In this document: positions 11,126 through 22,138 of the stretch, in pieces
How positions within the stretch are numbered: position 1 is the first letter of the stretch
How the letters are laid out: each line of letters starts with the position of its first letter
Origin: Meyerozyma guilliermondii
Lineage: Eukaryota
DNA length: 64,000 nucleotides
Direction of reading: 5' to 3'
Assembly (NCBI GenBank): GCA_051546255.1
Contig: CP128816.1
Location: 1,302,001 to 1,366,000 of the forward strand
The notes under the pieces: generated by a model
What the model saw: only the letters and a program-made list of their open reading frames with translations
Database searches by the model: none
Told to the model about the DNA's origin: nothing
Position numbers and translations under genes: made by a program

Positions 11126-12007
11126 ATGTCCGAATTGGAAAAGAAACCACCCACGGAAGATGATCTTGATGACTTGGATGACTTGTTGGACGATTTTGCC
11201 AACGATGTCTTGAGTAAACCTCCTGGTGGTACTACGGCGTCAGTAGCCAATACCACCAGTGGAGATGGTTCAGGTGAGCCCGACCAGCCATTGAAGAATG
11301 AAATTGACCAAGGAATTGAAGAATTGATCAAGGATTTGAAGATTGAAGATCCTGAGACCAAAGCACAATTTGAAACTCTTGTAAAGCAATTTGAAGAGGA
11401 TCGTAAAGATGAACTGAAAGACCCCAAGAAATTCGAAAATGTCATGGAGGAAGCTATGCAGAGATTAAGGGACTCTGGTAAGAATATTGATGAACAGATC
11501 AAGAACGACCAGTCGTCATCAAATCCTGAAGATGTTCTCACTCAGATGCTTGCTGGACTCGGTGGAGGTGATGGAGATATGGATATGTCCAAGATGCTTG
11601 TAGACATGTTAGAGCAACTATCATCCAAGGAAGTACTTTATGAACCCATCAAGGACTTAAATACCAAGTTTCCTGATTATCTCAAGGAAAAGAAGGGAGT
11701 TATAACCGATGCAGAATATGATAATTATTCAAAGCAGTATGAAATCACCACCTCCATAGTGACCATATTCGAAAACGCCAATTATTCGGACGAAGACAAG
11801 GTGAAGCGAGACGAAGTCAATTCTTTGCTTGAAAAATTGCAAGAGTTGGGTCAACCTCCAACAGAACTTGTAGGAGATGCTAGTACATTTCCAGGGTTCG
11901 GTGGTGGACTAGGCGGTGATGGAGTTCCTGGAGGATTGGACTTTAATGATAAAGACTTGCCTCCCGACTTGGAAAAGCAGCTTGAGGAAGGATGCAAGCA
12001 GACATAG
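11126..12007 (+). CDS. PEX19: Peroxisomal membrane protein import receptor
   Basis: DDLDDLDDLLDDF N-terminus, EQLSSKEVLYEPIKDL, LQELGQPP, C-terminal CaaX CKQT. ATG 11126 has an AAAATG context. Confidence 0.93.
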   Translation: MSELEKKPPTEDDLDDLDDLLDDFANDVLSKPPGGTTASVANTTSGDGSGEPDQPLKNEIDQGIEELIKDLKIEDPETKAQFETLVKQFEEDRKDELKDPKKFENVMEEAMQRLRDSGKNIDEQIKNDQSSSNPEDVLTQMLAGLGGGDGDMDMSKMLVDMLEQLSSKEVLYEPIKDLNTKFPDYLKEKKGVITDAEYDNYSKQYEITTSIVTIFENANYSDEDKVKRDEVNSLLEKLQELGQPPTELVGDASTFPGFGGGLGGDGVPGGLDFNDKDLPPDLEKQLEEGCKQT

Positions 12008-12101
12008 TACATATTACTGTCATTAGAGTATACATTATGATACATTCGTTAGAGTACAATCTTTGTCAACCACAAGTCTTATAGCTTTTTCTTCTGATTT
12101 T

Positions 12102-14408
12102 TCATATATTGAGACCGCCTCTGGCTGCAAACTCTCTATAATAATCGAGCATGTCTTCTGTTATACCACGAGAAACACCCTTCAATGCATGGTCGAAATG
12201 ACGCTTTTCTACTCGGGTAGCTCTCTTATTTTCCATGACAGCTGCAAGCCCTGCTTCCTGACTGACAAGTGCCACTTCGGCTCCAGAACAGCCTTCGGTA
12301 AGCTCAGCAATTTCTGCCAATGATACCGACTCTGGAAGATTAAATTTGGCAGTTCTTGTTTGCAAGATCTGTAATCTCGCTTCGAAATCGGGAGGAGCAA
12401 CGTAGATATGGCGATCTAATCTTCCTGGACGAAGTAAGGCAGGGTCAATTTCGGTGGGCCGATTAGTAGCAGCGACAATGACAACTCCATTTAATTCTTC
12501 CACACCGTCAATTTCGTTTAACAAAGTTGTTAATACTTGCAGAGCTGCTGAGGTACTTGCTGAATCCCGGTCCCCAGATATGGCATCGATTTCGTCGAAA
12601 AATATAATCGAAGGAGAAGCAGCTCTCGCTTTGCGAAAGATTTCTCGAATTGTACGCTCTGATTCACCCACATACTTGTTGAATATTTCTGGTCCTTTCA
12701 CTGCCAAGAAGTTGAGACCCAGCTCTGTTGCAAGTGCCTTCGCCGTGAGCGTTTTGGAGCATCCTGGAGGTCCATATAAGAGCACTCCTCTGGGAGCCAG
12801 AACTCCCAAGTTTGCAAATGTGGAGGTAGCTTCCAACGGCAATTGCACAACTTCAACTAGTTTCCTCTTGAGCTCTTCTTGTCCGCCTATATCTGACCAG
12901 TAAACTTTGGGCATCTCAAGGAAGATTTCTCGCATTGCTGATGGTCTGATCTCTAGTAACGCTTCTTCAACATCGTCAATGTAAAGCTTGATGTCGCCTT
13001 GAGGTGTATCAGTCTTCTTTCCTCTATTGATTGCTTTCATCACAGACTCACGACAAAGCGCAGTGAGATCTGCACCGACATATCCATGGGTTTTTAAAGC
13101 CACAGCACTGATATCTTTTGCTTCTAAGCAGCATTTTTCCTTTGACATTTTTCCAAATTGCTTGGAAAGAATATCCAATCTTGCATTAACATCTGGAATC
13201 CCAATTTCCACTTCTTGGTCAAACCTTCCAGGTCTTCTTAAAGCTGGGTCCAAGGAATTGGGTCTGTTTGTAGCACCAATCACGACCACTCTTCCTGACT
13301 CGCCCATTCCGTCCATCATAGTCAACAAGGTAGCTACAACTCTCGACTCTGTTTCACCACTATCATCAGAATTTCGGTTTGGAGCTAGCGAGTCAATTTC
13401 GTCCATGAAGATAATGGACGGCTGGTACTGGCGAGCTTCCAGAAATATTTCTCGTAATGCGTTCTCGGTTTCTCCAAGGTATTTTGATACAATCGAAGGT
13501 CCATTCACCGCCAACACATGAGCGTCAACTTCGTTAGCCACGGACCTCAATAGCATGGTTTTTCCAGTTCCAGGAGGTCCATGAAGAAGGACACCTCTGG
13601 GAGGAGCTATGCCAAACTCTGCAAACAAACCGGGGTTGTTTAACGGCACTTCGATTATGGACCGAAGCAAAGAGATTTCTTTATCAAGACCTCCTATATT
13701 CAGAAACCCCGTTGGCTGCGGCAAGTAAGGGTACTTTGCTTTGGAAAAAGTGGCAGTGGAAGCTTGAATAATGTCTGTTTTACCCTTGGCATAGATGAAT
13801 GGAGGAGACACAGTTAACGAGTTGGAAGTTTTTGAGTCGAGAGAAAGACCCTCTAGTCTCTCTTGAACGTCGGTGGATATGTCAGTAATAGAAAATTGGG
13901 TGGTGGTACCATCTAAGGTCGCCAGAAAGGCCATACCTGGGCAAATGAGGCCTATGTCATCGAGAGTCTTCTGGATTGGTTTTCTCCATATTTCAAGGTC
14001 AATTTCTGTACTTTGCTCAATTGCCGCAATATGAACGTCCAGAGCATAGCTTGGCTGTTTTCCAAATGGACCAAACACAACTCTGTCGCCTAGAAGAAAC
14101 GCACCAAGCTTGCGTAAATTAGAGCTCATTAATAACTCTGTTTTGTCACATTCCTTCGACTCAAACACTCGAGCAACAACTCCAGGACTACTGGATTCAG
14201 CATTGCGGATCAAAACCACCGAACCACTCGTTATTTCCATTCCGATGAGAATATCATTATTTACCCACACTTTTGATATACTTTTATTCAGACTATTTTC
14301 GGGGTCATTGGGTCTCAAAATGTACGATTTAGGGAGCTTAACCTTCTTGGACGTCGAGTCGGCGTCCCCTGCCTTCGCTTTGGACGCAGAACTTTTCTTT
14401 TTCTCCAT
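12102..14408 (-). CDS. AFG2: AAA ATPase for 60S maturation (Drg1)
   Basis: Two AAA domains (GPPGTGKT; GPPGCSKT diagnostic of Afg2) and IRPSAMREIFLEMPKVYWSDIGG. Confidence 0.93.
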   Translation of the reverse strand: MEKKKSSASKAKAGDADSTSKKVKLPKSYILRPNDPENSLNKSISKVWVNNDILIGMEITSGSVVLIRNAESSSPGVVARVFESKECDKTELLMSSNLRKLGAFLLGDRVVFGPFGKQPSYALDVHIAAIEQSTEIDLEIWRKPIQKTLDDIGLICPGMAFLATLDGTTTQFSITDISTDVQERLEGLSLDSKTSNSLTVSPPFIYAKGKTDIIQASTATFSKAKYPYLPQPTGFLNIGGLDKEISLLRSIIEVPLNNPGLFAEFGIAPPRGVLLHGPPGTGKTMLLRSVANEVDAHVLAVNGPSIVSKYLGETENALREIFLEARQYQPSIIFMDEIDSLAPNRNSDDSGETESRVVATLLTMMDGMGESGRVVVIGATNRPNSLDPALRRPGRFDQEVEIGIPDVNARLDILSKQFGKMSKEKCCLEAKDISAVALKTHGYVGADLTALCRESVMKAINRGKKTDTPQGDIKLYIDDVEEALLEIRPSAMREIFLEMPKVYWSDIGGQEELKRKLVEVVQLPLEATSTFANLGVLAPRGVLLYGPPGCSKTLTAKALATELGLNFLAVKGPEIFNKYVGESERTIREIFRKARAASPSIIFFDEIDAISGDRDSASTSAALQVLTTLLNEIDGVEELNGVVIVAATNRPTEIDPALLRPGRLDRHIYVAPPDFEARLQILQTRTAKFNLPESVSLAEIAELTEGCSGAEVALVSQEAGLAAVMENKRATRVEKRHFDHALKGVSRGITEDMLDYYREFAARGGLNI

Positions 14409-14547
14409 CAACTATAAGTAAATAATTTGGGGTTCATCTCTTCGCATTATGTAATGAAATGAGACAAAAAACGCTTCGGTTCCTACAAGCGATTACTTGT
14501 TGCATATATATGACTGGCAAGAAACCACATTTGAGATAACATCGACC

Positions 14548-15459
14548 ATGTTTCAGCATATAGCGAGACCCTCCTTCCGACTATCTTGTCGAACGTTCGT
14601 CAGGACCTATATAAAGTTATCGGGAATCGACCCATCTTTGATTCTGCCGAGCGATTTGGACCATGGCATTAAACCTTTCGAACCAAGTGATAAAGTCGGC
14701 CCTATACCCACTAACTTTGTAACTGCTCTGAGTTATTTCGATCATTTTGAGCGACTTTACAGTGAAGAAAAATTGGAAAGTAACCATAGACTGGTTTCCT
14801 CAATGCCGTTAATCAAGAAACTAGAACTCGATCCTTGGTACAAACTGTTTCTAGAACCACGCATGCAAAAGATACGCCGGTTTGTATCGCTGAATTTCAC
14901 TCTACTGAATAGAGAATGTCTAGCCATCATGTGTGGACATTCTCCGGTAGATGTACAATTAGACACTCATAATCCACAAGCATTAAATCAAGAACAAGCG
15001 GCAGGAATCAATTCCAAATCAAACACAACCTCCACAACTTACTCGTCCGAAAAATTACATGCACTAGGCATCGCCGTCATGGAAAGTTATTTGACTTTGA
15101 CCACCCTATTCACTGATGAGTCTTATCTTTCTCTTCTGTCAGATGACTTACAACCTATATACGACCTATTCTGTGACAGACAGATCATTCCAGAGTTCAT
15201 GAGCCGTCATAGTCTTTATGACTGTGTGGTTCCGTACAGAGGAGCCGCGAGAAGCGGCAGGATAGATACACTAGAGGGGTATCAGGCAGAAAAAACCAAG
15301 ATTATGAATGCAACTTCAGCTGCGAGTTTCTACACCCTAATTGGTCTCCTCTGCGTCAAATATGACCAGCGACAGGTTGCCCAGTCGTTCATACTACCCA
15401 TCGTCCTCTATGGTCCTCGAGGCCTCATCCAGCTTGCTACTGAAAAAGTTACAAAATAG
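14548..15459 (+). CDS. Uncharacterised probable mitochondrial protein with degenerate RNase III-like (mL57/Mrpl15-like) domain
   Basis: Arg/Ser-rich acid-free presequence (MFQHIARPSFRLSCRTFVRTY). Segments SEKLHALG, FMSRHSL and FYTLIGLLCVKYDQRQVAQSFI parallel Mrpl15 by eye. Confidence 0.55.
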   Translation: MFQHIARPSFRLSCRTFVRTYIKLSGIDPSLILPSDLDHGIKPFEPSDKVGPIPTNFVTALSYFDHFERLYSEEKLESNHRLVSSMPLIKKLELDPWYKLFLEPRMQKIRRFVSLNFTLLNRECLAIMCGHSPVDVQLDTHNPQALNQEQAAGINSKSNTTSTTYSSEKLHALGIAVMESYLTLTTLFTDESYLSLLSDDLQPIYDLFCDRQIIPEFMSRHSLYDCVVPYRGAARSGRIDTLEGYQAEKTKIMNATSAASFYTLIGLLCVKYDQRQVAQSFILPIVLYGPRGLIQLATEKVTK

Positions 15460-15477
15460 TAGAAATATGTACATAAA

Positions 15478-18400
15478 TCATAAGTATAACGAAGCACAGA
15501 ATACTATATCACGCTTGATTCTCTCCTGAGCCTCGGACATCTTGGAATGCAATGTCGAATCTCCAACAATCAAGGCAGCACTCTTCACTTGTCGACAAAT
15601 TTCGTCTAATCTTGTGATTACCCGTACAATGGTTCCCTCAGCTTCGGTACTCATTTGCATTATCTCATTAAAAGATAAGCCTCGTGCCCACTCATAAACC
15701 ACATTCATCAATGCAAATCTCTTGCGCTCCAAAAATTCGGTTTCTTCAGATGTAAGTGCAATTTGATTGTCAGAACAAACGTCCAAAACATGCTTACTGA
15801 TATCCATGATTTTCTGCTTTCCTCTTTCAAGTCTTGGAGTCAACGGAGGATCTTCCTCGTCGTTAGTTTTTCCCTCATAGACGAAACACGAGAGCAAGGC
15901 CACTATCTCTTCTGGTTCAAAGTCACCCAAAAAATTGTCTAAAATCAACTCTGTTATCGCCAATTCCCATCCAGAATTAATTTCACATCCTACTCTTCCC
16001 TTTAGTCCAACATTATGGTTAGCATCAATGAATCCCAAGGTTTCCAATACACGTAATCTCTGCTCGTAGTCAGGAAGTAATTCCAAATTTTCATCTGAAA
16101 TCAATCTTTGGAGAGAGCTAATTTGTGTTTTGAGTTCGTCTTGTTGGCTGAGTTGCTTATAATGAAGTGCAAAGTTAGGACACTCATAACTTCGGAGTAT
16201 GCTGATTTTCTCCACAATCTCACGTTTCCTGACAAGAAGTTCGTGTAGCGAGATTTGGACTGCCAGATCAAAGCTAAGTTCACGCCAGGCGGTTTGGAAC
16301 CTAAGAAGTGTCTTCACTTGAGCCGAGGCATGTGCAATCTCATTCTTATTTCCATGAATCAAGTCTTTCATATAGATCTTCACCATCTTCTGTCCAATGA
16401 AATTAACCTTGTCAATTGGAACTGCAACCACTTTGAACGAACCGTTGAACGTTATTTGTCCGAAATAATGCTGGAGGTAGTCTTTAGTAGCAATATAAGG
16501 CAATTTAGAGACATCATCTTGGTTATCTCCAGGATCAAAGGTCAAAAGTAGAACAGAATCATTATCCATGGAAACTCTGACCAAGAAACCAACTCGTTGT
16601 CTCGTCTCTTCATCGCGGAAACAGAAAAGTCGACCAGCACGAAGATAGTTATTCTTGAGAAGTGGCAGCTGTTGAACGTTTCTGAGAATCTCACCGTATA
16701 CATGTTCGTACTCTTTCATTAGATCGTAGGTTTCCTCTGTGAACTCAAGGTTACAAACAGAACATGGTTCAAGATGAACTGTCTGCAACTCCTTGCTGAG
16801 CTTCTCGACCGTCTTTTGGTGTTCAGGAAGGAGAGATTGAGTAGAGTTCTCACTGAACGAATGCTTAATCATTTCCTCAACTCTCAAAGCCTCAATTCGT
16901 AAGAGATTCAAAATCATATTGTAGGTCAATCTGAACTGAGACAGAAGCTTTGTAGGAACTCCTAGAGCCACCTCTTTAAAGTCCATCGGGGAGAGAGGTT
17001 CATTGTATGACATTACGATAACGGTACCGGTATCATCAAGACCTCTTCTACCAGCACGTCCGGACATTTGAGTGAATTCACCAGGCAACAAATTCCGGAA
17101 ACCTCGACCGTCGTGCTTGCGAAGTTGGTTGAAAACAACTGTTCTCGTAGGCAAGTTTAGTCCCATTGCAAACGTCTCAGTTGCAAATAAAACCTTCACA
17201 AGAGTTCTCGAGAACAAAATTTCAATACACTCTTTGACAATTGGCAACAATCCACCATGATGTACCGCTATTCCACGACTTAACAAGTCTCTAATTTTAA
17301 GGATCTGAGGAAGTTCTCTGTCCTCCTTCTTCAATCTGGATACAGCTCTATCCACAAACATATGAATTTCTGATTTTTCTTTCGCTGTGCAAAAATCGAC
17401 ACTGCTCAAAGTGTCCGCATATTCCTCACAACGCTTCTTTGAAAAGACGAACACAACTGCTGGTAGTAAATTGTGCTGTTTGAGATACTGAACAAGTTGC
17501 AACCAGGTATTCTTGTTGGGTCCATCTCTGCTGAATCCAGCTCGGCCCGATGGTCTAGTGCTTACTTGACCACCATTGGAGCCACCACGACCAGAACCAC
17601 CTCCACCTCTCCCTCCGCCTCTGTTGCCTCCTCTTGCCGTACCACCTCTCCCTCCACGGCTGCCTGGTCCTAAAACCACGTTAGGACGGCCCTTGTTCTT
17701 TCCACTTTCAAGGGCTTCTTTGTGCTTTCTGAACTCTAGGTCGCTGAAATTTCGTTGTGCATCCACAACCTTGTACAAATGCTGTTTTGCCCAAATCAGA
17801 ATTTCCAAAGGAACAGGTCTCTTTGGTGTCGATATGACATATATATCCTTCTGCTTGGTACGACCCACCCAGTTTGCAAACTCAAAAGTGTTTGGAACCG
17901 TGGCAGAAAGCAAAATGTACTTGACATGGTCGGGAAGCATGATGATCACTTCTTCCCAAACAACACCACGGTCGATATCGTTCACGTAATGAACCTCGTC
18001 GAAAATCACAAATTCGACATCTCTTATCAAGTCGGCTCCTCGATACAACATGGACCGAAGAATCTCGGTTGTCATAATCAAACAATTCGCATCGGGATTG
18101 ATCTGAACATCACCAGTAATGAGACCAACATCGATATCTTTGAACGTTTCTTTGAAGTCACGAAACTTCTGATTAGACAATGCTTTGATGGGAGAGGTGT
18201 AGATGGCTTTCGTCATGTTTCGGGTGGCCATCGCTATGGCGTACTCAGCTACCACAGTCTTACCGGCTGAAGTGTGGGCAGCAACAAATACTGAATCGCC
18301 CTGTTCAAGATGATAAACTGCTTCCTGCTGAAACGTGTCTAGTTCGAAAGGCCATTCTCGTGCCATATTGGGGACCACATCCTTGAAATTATCAACACGA

Positions 18401-19224
18401 TGACTGAGATCAACCACATGTGCCCAAGTCTTTTTTCGTTCACTCTCATTTTTCATCTTCTCTCTGATGGCAGAGTAGTTCATAGGAATGATATCATCTA
18501 TATCATCGAGATCTTCGTCTTCTCTGGGGATGACTTCCTCTACTTCTCCCTCTTCCTCTACTATCAATTTTGTTCCGCCCGCTGATGGTTCCTCGTCGTC
18601 TTTACCATGAATGTCTTCGTTCGACTTGTCATCCAATTCCTGTAATTGTGCGCTTACTTCCTTCTTGTCAGACTCGCCTGCTATGACCAAACCACGTTCA
18701 AATCCTTGAGGAATGTCAAACAATCCAAGATCGTTTCTATGCAAAAATGCAGACTCATCCTTTGCAGCCGTTTGAGTCATAAGCCCTCCTGGTTGGAAAG
18801 GAAGAAACGTGGTTTTGCCTTTCAAGGAGTCATTCTTGGAGGTGTACTTTCTTGTTATAGATAGAGAATTGCCTGAATTTGCATTGTCGATATCTGAACG
18901 TTTGGTTTCTTCTTTGTACCCGGTGATGGAACCACTAATTCCATGACGTTTGAACCTAAAACTGGTCCTTCCAGCACTTTTCGGTATGGTTACCAAGTTT
19001 TGGCTTAGTTTTGTCACGTCCACATCGGGTGTAACCTGCATCAAGTCGAGTAAATCCCATGATAGTTGCGATGATGGTGTAAGAAACTCAGTCTTAAGGC
19101 TCGTTTCTGCATCAATTTCATCTTCTGGAAGCTCAAGCTGGAAACTTGGATCAAGACCTGTCCCAGGAAGGGCTGTGTTGTTTTTAATGGAGACAGCAGT
19201 TTCCCCTGATGCCTCTGCAACCAT
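15478..19224 (-). CDS. SKI2: Ski complex DExH RNA helicase
   Basis: AHTSAGKT, IFDEVHY, SAT, QMSGRAGRRG, internal RGG insert, C-terminal IKRDIVFCASLYL. Confidence 0.95.
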   Translation of the reverse strand: MVAEASGETAVSIKNNTALPGTGLDPSFQLELPEDEIDAETSLKTEFLTPSSQLSWDLLDLMQVTPDVDVTKLSQNLVTIPKSAGRTSFRFKRHGISGSITGYKEETKRSDIDNANSGNSLSITRKYTSKNDSLKGKTTFLPFQPGGLMTQTAAKDESAFLHRNDLGLFDIPQGFERGLVIAGESDKKEVSAQLQELDDKSNEDIHGKDDEEPSAGGTKLIVEEEGEVEEVIPREDEDLDDIDDIIPMNYSAIREKMKNESERKKTWAHVVDLSHRVDNFKDVVPNMAREWPFELDTFQQEAVYHLEQGDSVFVAAHTSAGKTVVAEYAIAMATRNMTKAIYTSPIKALSNQKFRDFKETFKDIDVGLITGDVQINPDANCLIMTTEILRSMLYRGADLIRDVEFVIFDEVHYVNDIDRGVVWEEVIIMLPDHVKYILLSATVPNTFEFANWVGRTKQKDIYVISTPKRPVPLEILIWAKQHLYKVVDAQRNFSDLEFRKHKEALESGKNKGRPNVVLGPGSRGGRGGTARGGNRGGGRGGGGSGRGGSNGGQVSTRPSGRAGFSRDGPNKNTWLQLVQYLKQHNLLPAVVFVFSKKRCEEYADTLSSVDFCTAKEKSEIHMFVDRAVSRLKKEDRELPQILKIRDLLSRGIAVHHGGLLPIVKECIEILFSRTLVKVLFATETFAMGLNLPTRTVVFNQLRKHDGRGFRNLLPGEFTQMSGRAGRRGLDDTGTVIVMSYNEPLSPMDFKEVALGVPTKLLSQFRLTYNMILNLLRIEALRVEEMIKHSFSENSTQSLLPEHQKTVEKLSKELQTVHLEPCSVCNLEFTEETYDLMKEYEHVYGEILRNVQQLPLLKNNYLRAGRLFCFRDEETRQRVGFLVRVSMDNDSVLLLTFDPGDNQDDVSKLPYIATKDYLQHYFGQITFNGSFKVVAVPIDKVNFIGQKMVKIYMKDLIHGNKNEIAHASAQVKTLLRFQTAWRELSFDLAVQISLHELLVRKREIVEKISILRSYECPNFALHYKQLSQQDELKTQISSLQRLISDENLELLPDYEQRLRVLETLGFIDANHNVGLKGRVGCEINSGWELAITELILDNFLGDFEPEEIVALLSCFVYEGKTNDEEDPPLTPRLERGKQKIMDISKHVLDVCSDNQIALTSEETEFLERKRFALMNVVYEWARGLSFNEIMQMSTEAEGTIVRVITRLDEICRQVKSAALIVGDSTLHSKMSEAQERIKRDIVFCASLYL

Positions 19225-19332
19225 GAGTACAGATAGTATAGTCGGTGATCGCAGCGACAAGTTATACCGTTTAGGTGTTTGGATGTGGTATAGCGAACCA
19301 ATATAATCTACAATGCTTCAGGTAATTCTATT

Positions 19333-21120
19333 TTAAAGCTTAGGTTTAGAGGCATCTACGCCGCCAGCAGTGGCCTCCATGTTTGTCGCCAACTTTCCTT
19401 CTTCGTTGGGACCATTGGGTTGCGTGCCGAAGAAGACCACGGTGACAGTCAAATCATCTCTGTACCGACGAGAGATTGGATTTGGAATCGAAATCAACAT
19501 TGATAGCTGCTCCTTGAAGCCTCCATTTGAAAGGGCGTTCCGAATAAGATGCGTGGATACGTTTTTGTCTTCAAGCAAATATCCGTCGGTGATGCTAGTA
19601 TTCTTTGCCTTTCTGTTTGGCCGTTTCGAGCTCTTGTCGTTCGTGACATCTGCCACTTCAGGAAGCTTACTCTCCGACAGACCAAAGTAGTTCCAAAACG
19701 TTTTTTGAGGTTTAATCATCTTCTCCTTTTCCATCCATTTGACTACAAGACCCACGATTTCTTCGTTGGTCAACATCTCGTACAAGCCATCACTGGCCAT
19801 CACCAAGAAGTCGTTATTCTCGGGGCTCATTTTCGTTGTGGTGATGACAGGTTCTGCCGTAACGTATGGTGGAGAGGTCAAGTTGTTTGGAAGTCGTTTG
19901 CCAAAGAATTGTTTGTAAATTCTCTCCTGGATACTGGCGGGAAGCTTGTAACGACAGTCACCAAACGCTCTGGTTGGTTCTAACGTTCCAAGAACACGGC
20001 CATTACGAACCACATTTGGTTCATCTGGATGTTCCGAGATTATTCGGGCAACTTCTGTTGGACTGGACCCCGTTTGATCTATACTCAACTGGCGTACTGT
20101 CCACTTGTTGTCTCTGAAAGACCCCAAGATGGCCCTGGAGTCACCAGTGACGGCCACTTTAAGCAACTTTGAGTTGGTATCGTAGAAGGAAAGAAGTGCA
20201 CATGAGCCCGATAATGCGGGCATCAACAACTCTGCTGCCTTTGCCTTGCTGTTGTCGGTCAACAAGCGCTCTATGCTCTTGTGGACGATTTCATGGTCAA
20301 GCTTCAAAAAGCCGTTTTTGATTGCTTGGTCAATGCTGGCACTATTGGGCACGTAACGCAAGCTGGGGTCCTCATTGGTAGGACGGAAGATAGTGCCGAG
20401 TTCGTGGATCACATAAGAAATGAGCTGGTCGCGCAACTTGCTGCTGGTAGTCCAACCGCCATGGCCATCAAACACTCCAAAGAACATCCAGTCCGTGGAT
20501 GCCTTGACATTGTTATCTTGAAGAATGGGCACCTGAACAATCTCCTCGGCGCGATCATCCTCGATGGGCAGATTCGAGGGCAACTGACAGATATCATATC
20601 TAGTAACACCCTTGCCGCGCTCGACATGATAGCTTTCTTCAAACTGACGCAACTTGTTACTTACCTGTTCTTCATTGAGCAAGAATACTCCCTCTTTATG
20701 CTGCTGGTGACCAATGCCATCTTTGTTCTTTATCGACGATGTAGATGTAGAAAAAAGCCGCTGGCCTCCGTCGTCGGCTAAATTCGATGAGCCGGTAACC
20801 CCAGACAACATTCTATTGCGGAAACTAGCCGGCGAAGGAACACCGGATCCAATTCCTGAACCGGACCCAGACGATGGAACCGAGTCGAGACTAAAGTAGT
20901 TTGATTGGTTGAAACTGATATAAGATCCCACAATTATAACTCCAGAAACAAGGGCAACCGCATGTTTACGTGCTGGTTTTGGAGAGGTTCCATTTCGGAT
21001 CAAACGCCCTGGAGCTCCATTCTTCAAGAGTCTGGAAGCATGGTTCATAAACGGACGCTTTCGCGTGATCAGACGTGCGTTGACGTACACTAGCCGTGGA
21101 CGAACCGCTAGCACATACAT
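19333..21120 (-). CDS. PTC5: Mitochondrial PP2C pyruvate dehydrogenase phosphatase
   Basis: QLPSNxPIEDD, FGVFDGHGGW, VAVTGDSRA, LEPTRAFGD, SDGLYE, RRYRDD, with a basic N-terminus. Confidence 0.9.
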   Translation of the reverse strand: MYVLAVRPRLVYVNARLITRKRPFMNHASRLLKNGAPGRLIRNGTSPKPARKHAVALVSGVIIVGSYISFNQSNYFSLDSVPSSGSGSGIGSGVPSPASFRNRMLSGVTGSSNLADDGGQRLFSTSTSSIKNKDGIGHQQHKEGVFLLNEEQVSNKLRQFEESYHVERGKGVTRYDICQLPSNLPIEDDRAEEIVQVPILQDNNVKASTDWMFFGVFDGHGGWTTSSKLRDQLISYVIHELGTIFRPTNEDPSLRYVPNSASIDQAIKNGFLKLDHEIVHKSIERLLTDNSKAKAAELLMPALSGSCALLSFYDTNSKLLKVAVTGDSRAILGSFRDNKWTVRQLSIDQTGSSPTEVARIISEHPDEPNVVRNGRVLGTLEPTRAFGDCRYKLPASIQERIYKQFFGKRLPNNLTSPPYVTAEPVITTTKMSPENNDFLVMASDGLYEMLTNEEIVGLVVKWMEKEKMIKPQKTFWNYFGLSESKLPEVADVTNDKSSKRPNRKAKNTSITDGYLLEDKNVSTHLIRNALSNGGFKEQLSMLISIPNPISRRYRDDLTVTVVFFGTQPNGPNEEGKLATNMEATAGGVDASKPKL

Positions 21121-21441
21121 GAAATGAGGGATAATTTTGGAGCAAGATCAGTATCAGGCCCAGACACCAACGAATGCAGGAAGAAAGAAGTTCAGAGACC
21201 TTCAATCAGATAAAGTAAAGATTTAGTCGTCTTGTGTTCTCGTCCTTTATCCTTCGTCCCTCTTTTGGTTTTCTCTTATCCTTTCCTTTTCCTTTTCTTT
21301 CTTCTTCTACACTTTCTATTCACATCTTTTATTACTACTGACCCGCACCAAATCCTGATAGCTAACACCGCAACGTCTGTGCAATATTATATACACGGCA
21401 CGCCTAGAGCACTTGGATACGATACATGTCTTACGACCGGC

Positions 21442-21798
21442 TTAAGCAGCAATGGTGACTTCCACATCCACACCTGGTTCGATGGTGATTTGAGTGATTC
21501 TCTTGACAATAGAAGCAGGAGCTTGCAAGTCAATGACACGCTTGTGGATTCTCATCTCGTAGGTGTCCCAGGTCTTGGAACCCTCACCGTTTGGTGCCTT
21601 TCTGGTGGTGATCTTCAAAACCTTGGTTGGCATTCTAACGGGACCCTTCTTGACAATGTCACTTTGAGTAGCATTGGCAATGATGTTAGAAGAGACCTTC
21701 TCCAATTGCTTGACCTTGGTGGAGGTCAAGGTGATTCTGATCTTGTGGATCTCTTGTTCTTGTTCCTGAACCTTTTCCTTGTTGATTGGGGCAGACAT
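21442..21798 (-). CDS. RPS20: 40S ribosomal protein uS10
   Basis: [48 protein letters not shown] at 21798. Confidence 0.97.
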   Translation of the reverse strand: MSAPINKEKVQEQEQEIHKIRITLTSTKVKQLEKVSSNIIANATQSDIVKKGPVRMPTKVLKITTRKAPNGEGSKTWDTYEMRIHKRVIDLQAPASIVKRITQITIEPGVDVEVTIAA

Positions 21799-21819
21799 GT
21801 TGGATAGATGTTTGAGTAA

Positions 21820-21876
21820 TGAAAAATTTCTCAAAAGTGCGACTCGTGGGGGCCGAGCCCTGTATGTGATCACGTG
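21820..21876 (-). promoter_or_regulatory. RRPE (TGAAAAATTT, 21820-21829) and Cbf1-type site (TCACGTG, 21870-21876) upstream of RPS20
   Basis: Exact motif matches. Cbf1 co-regulates ribosomal protein genes in the CTG clade. Confidence 0.6.
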
Positions 21877-22039
21877 CGTTACGAGGTTGGAGAAGAAGAT
21901 GATGGCTCATAGCTGGTGGACTATGTTATTGGTGCCGTGGCACTCTCTACTCACTCTCTACTGTGGCTACTGTGACTCTAATGGAGCTTAGGATTTTTCT
22001 TTCGAAAAATTCCGATTCTTGATTCTACACTATTTTCAT

Positions 22040-22138
22040 CTGGGTTAGTATTCAGAAATCAATTATTAGTTTTCTCCATCTTGAAGTTTTGAATGGTGTC
22101 AGAGAGATTCCCAATTGAAGATTCATCATTGTACATAC
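22040..22138 (-). other. Spliceosomal intron hosting the snoRNA
   Basis: 5' splice site GTATGT (22138-22133), perfect branch point TACTAAC (22050-22044), then CCAG (alternative acceptor AATAG ending at 22030). Confidence 0.75.
22050..22133 (-). ncRNA. Box C/D snoRNA, SNORD79(U79)-like, predicted to guide 2'-O-methylation of the LSU rRNA A in GAG[A]UUCCCA
   Basis: Minus strand: box C ATGATGA (22129-22123), guide TGGGAATCTC (22113-22104), D' CTGA (22102-22099), C'-like ATGGAGA, box D CTGA (22055-22052). The guide is complementary to the conserved LSU sequence GAGAUUCCCA. Confidence 0.85.

Noticed and set aside
21030..21120. GTATGT overlapping the PTC5 start codon as a possible intron donor
   Set aside because: No credible branch point follows, and the unspliced frame gives a plausible mitochondrial presequence.
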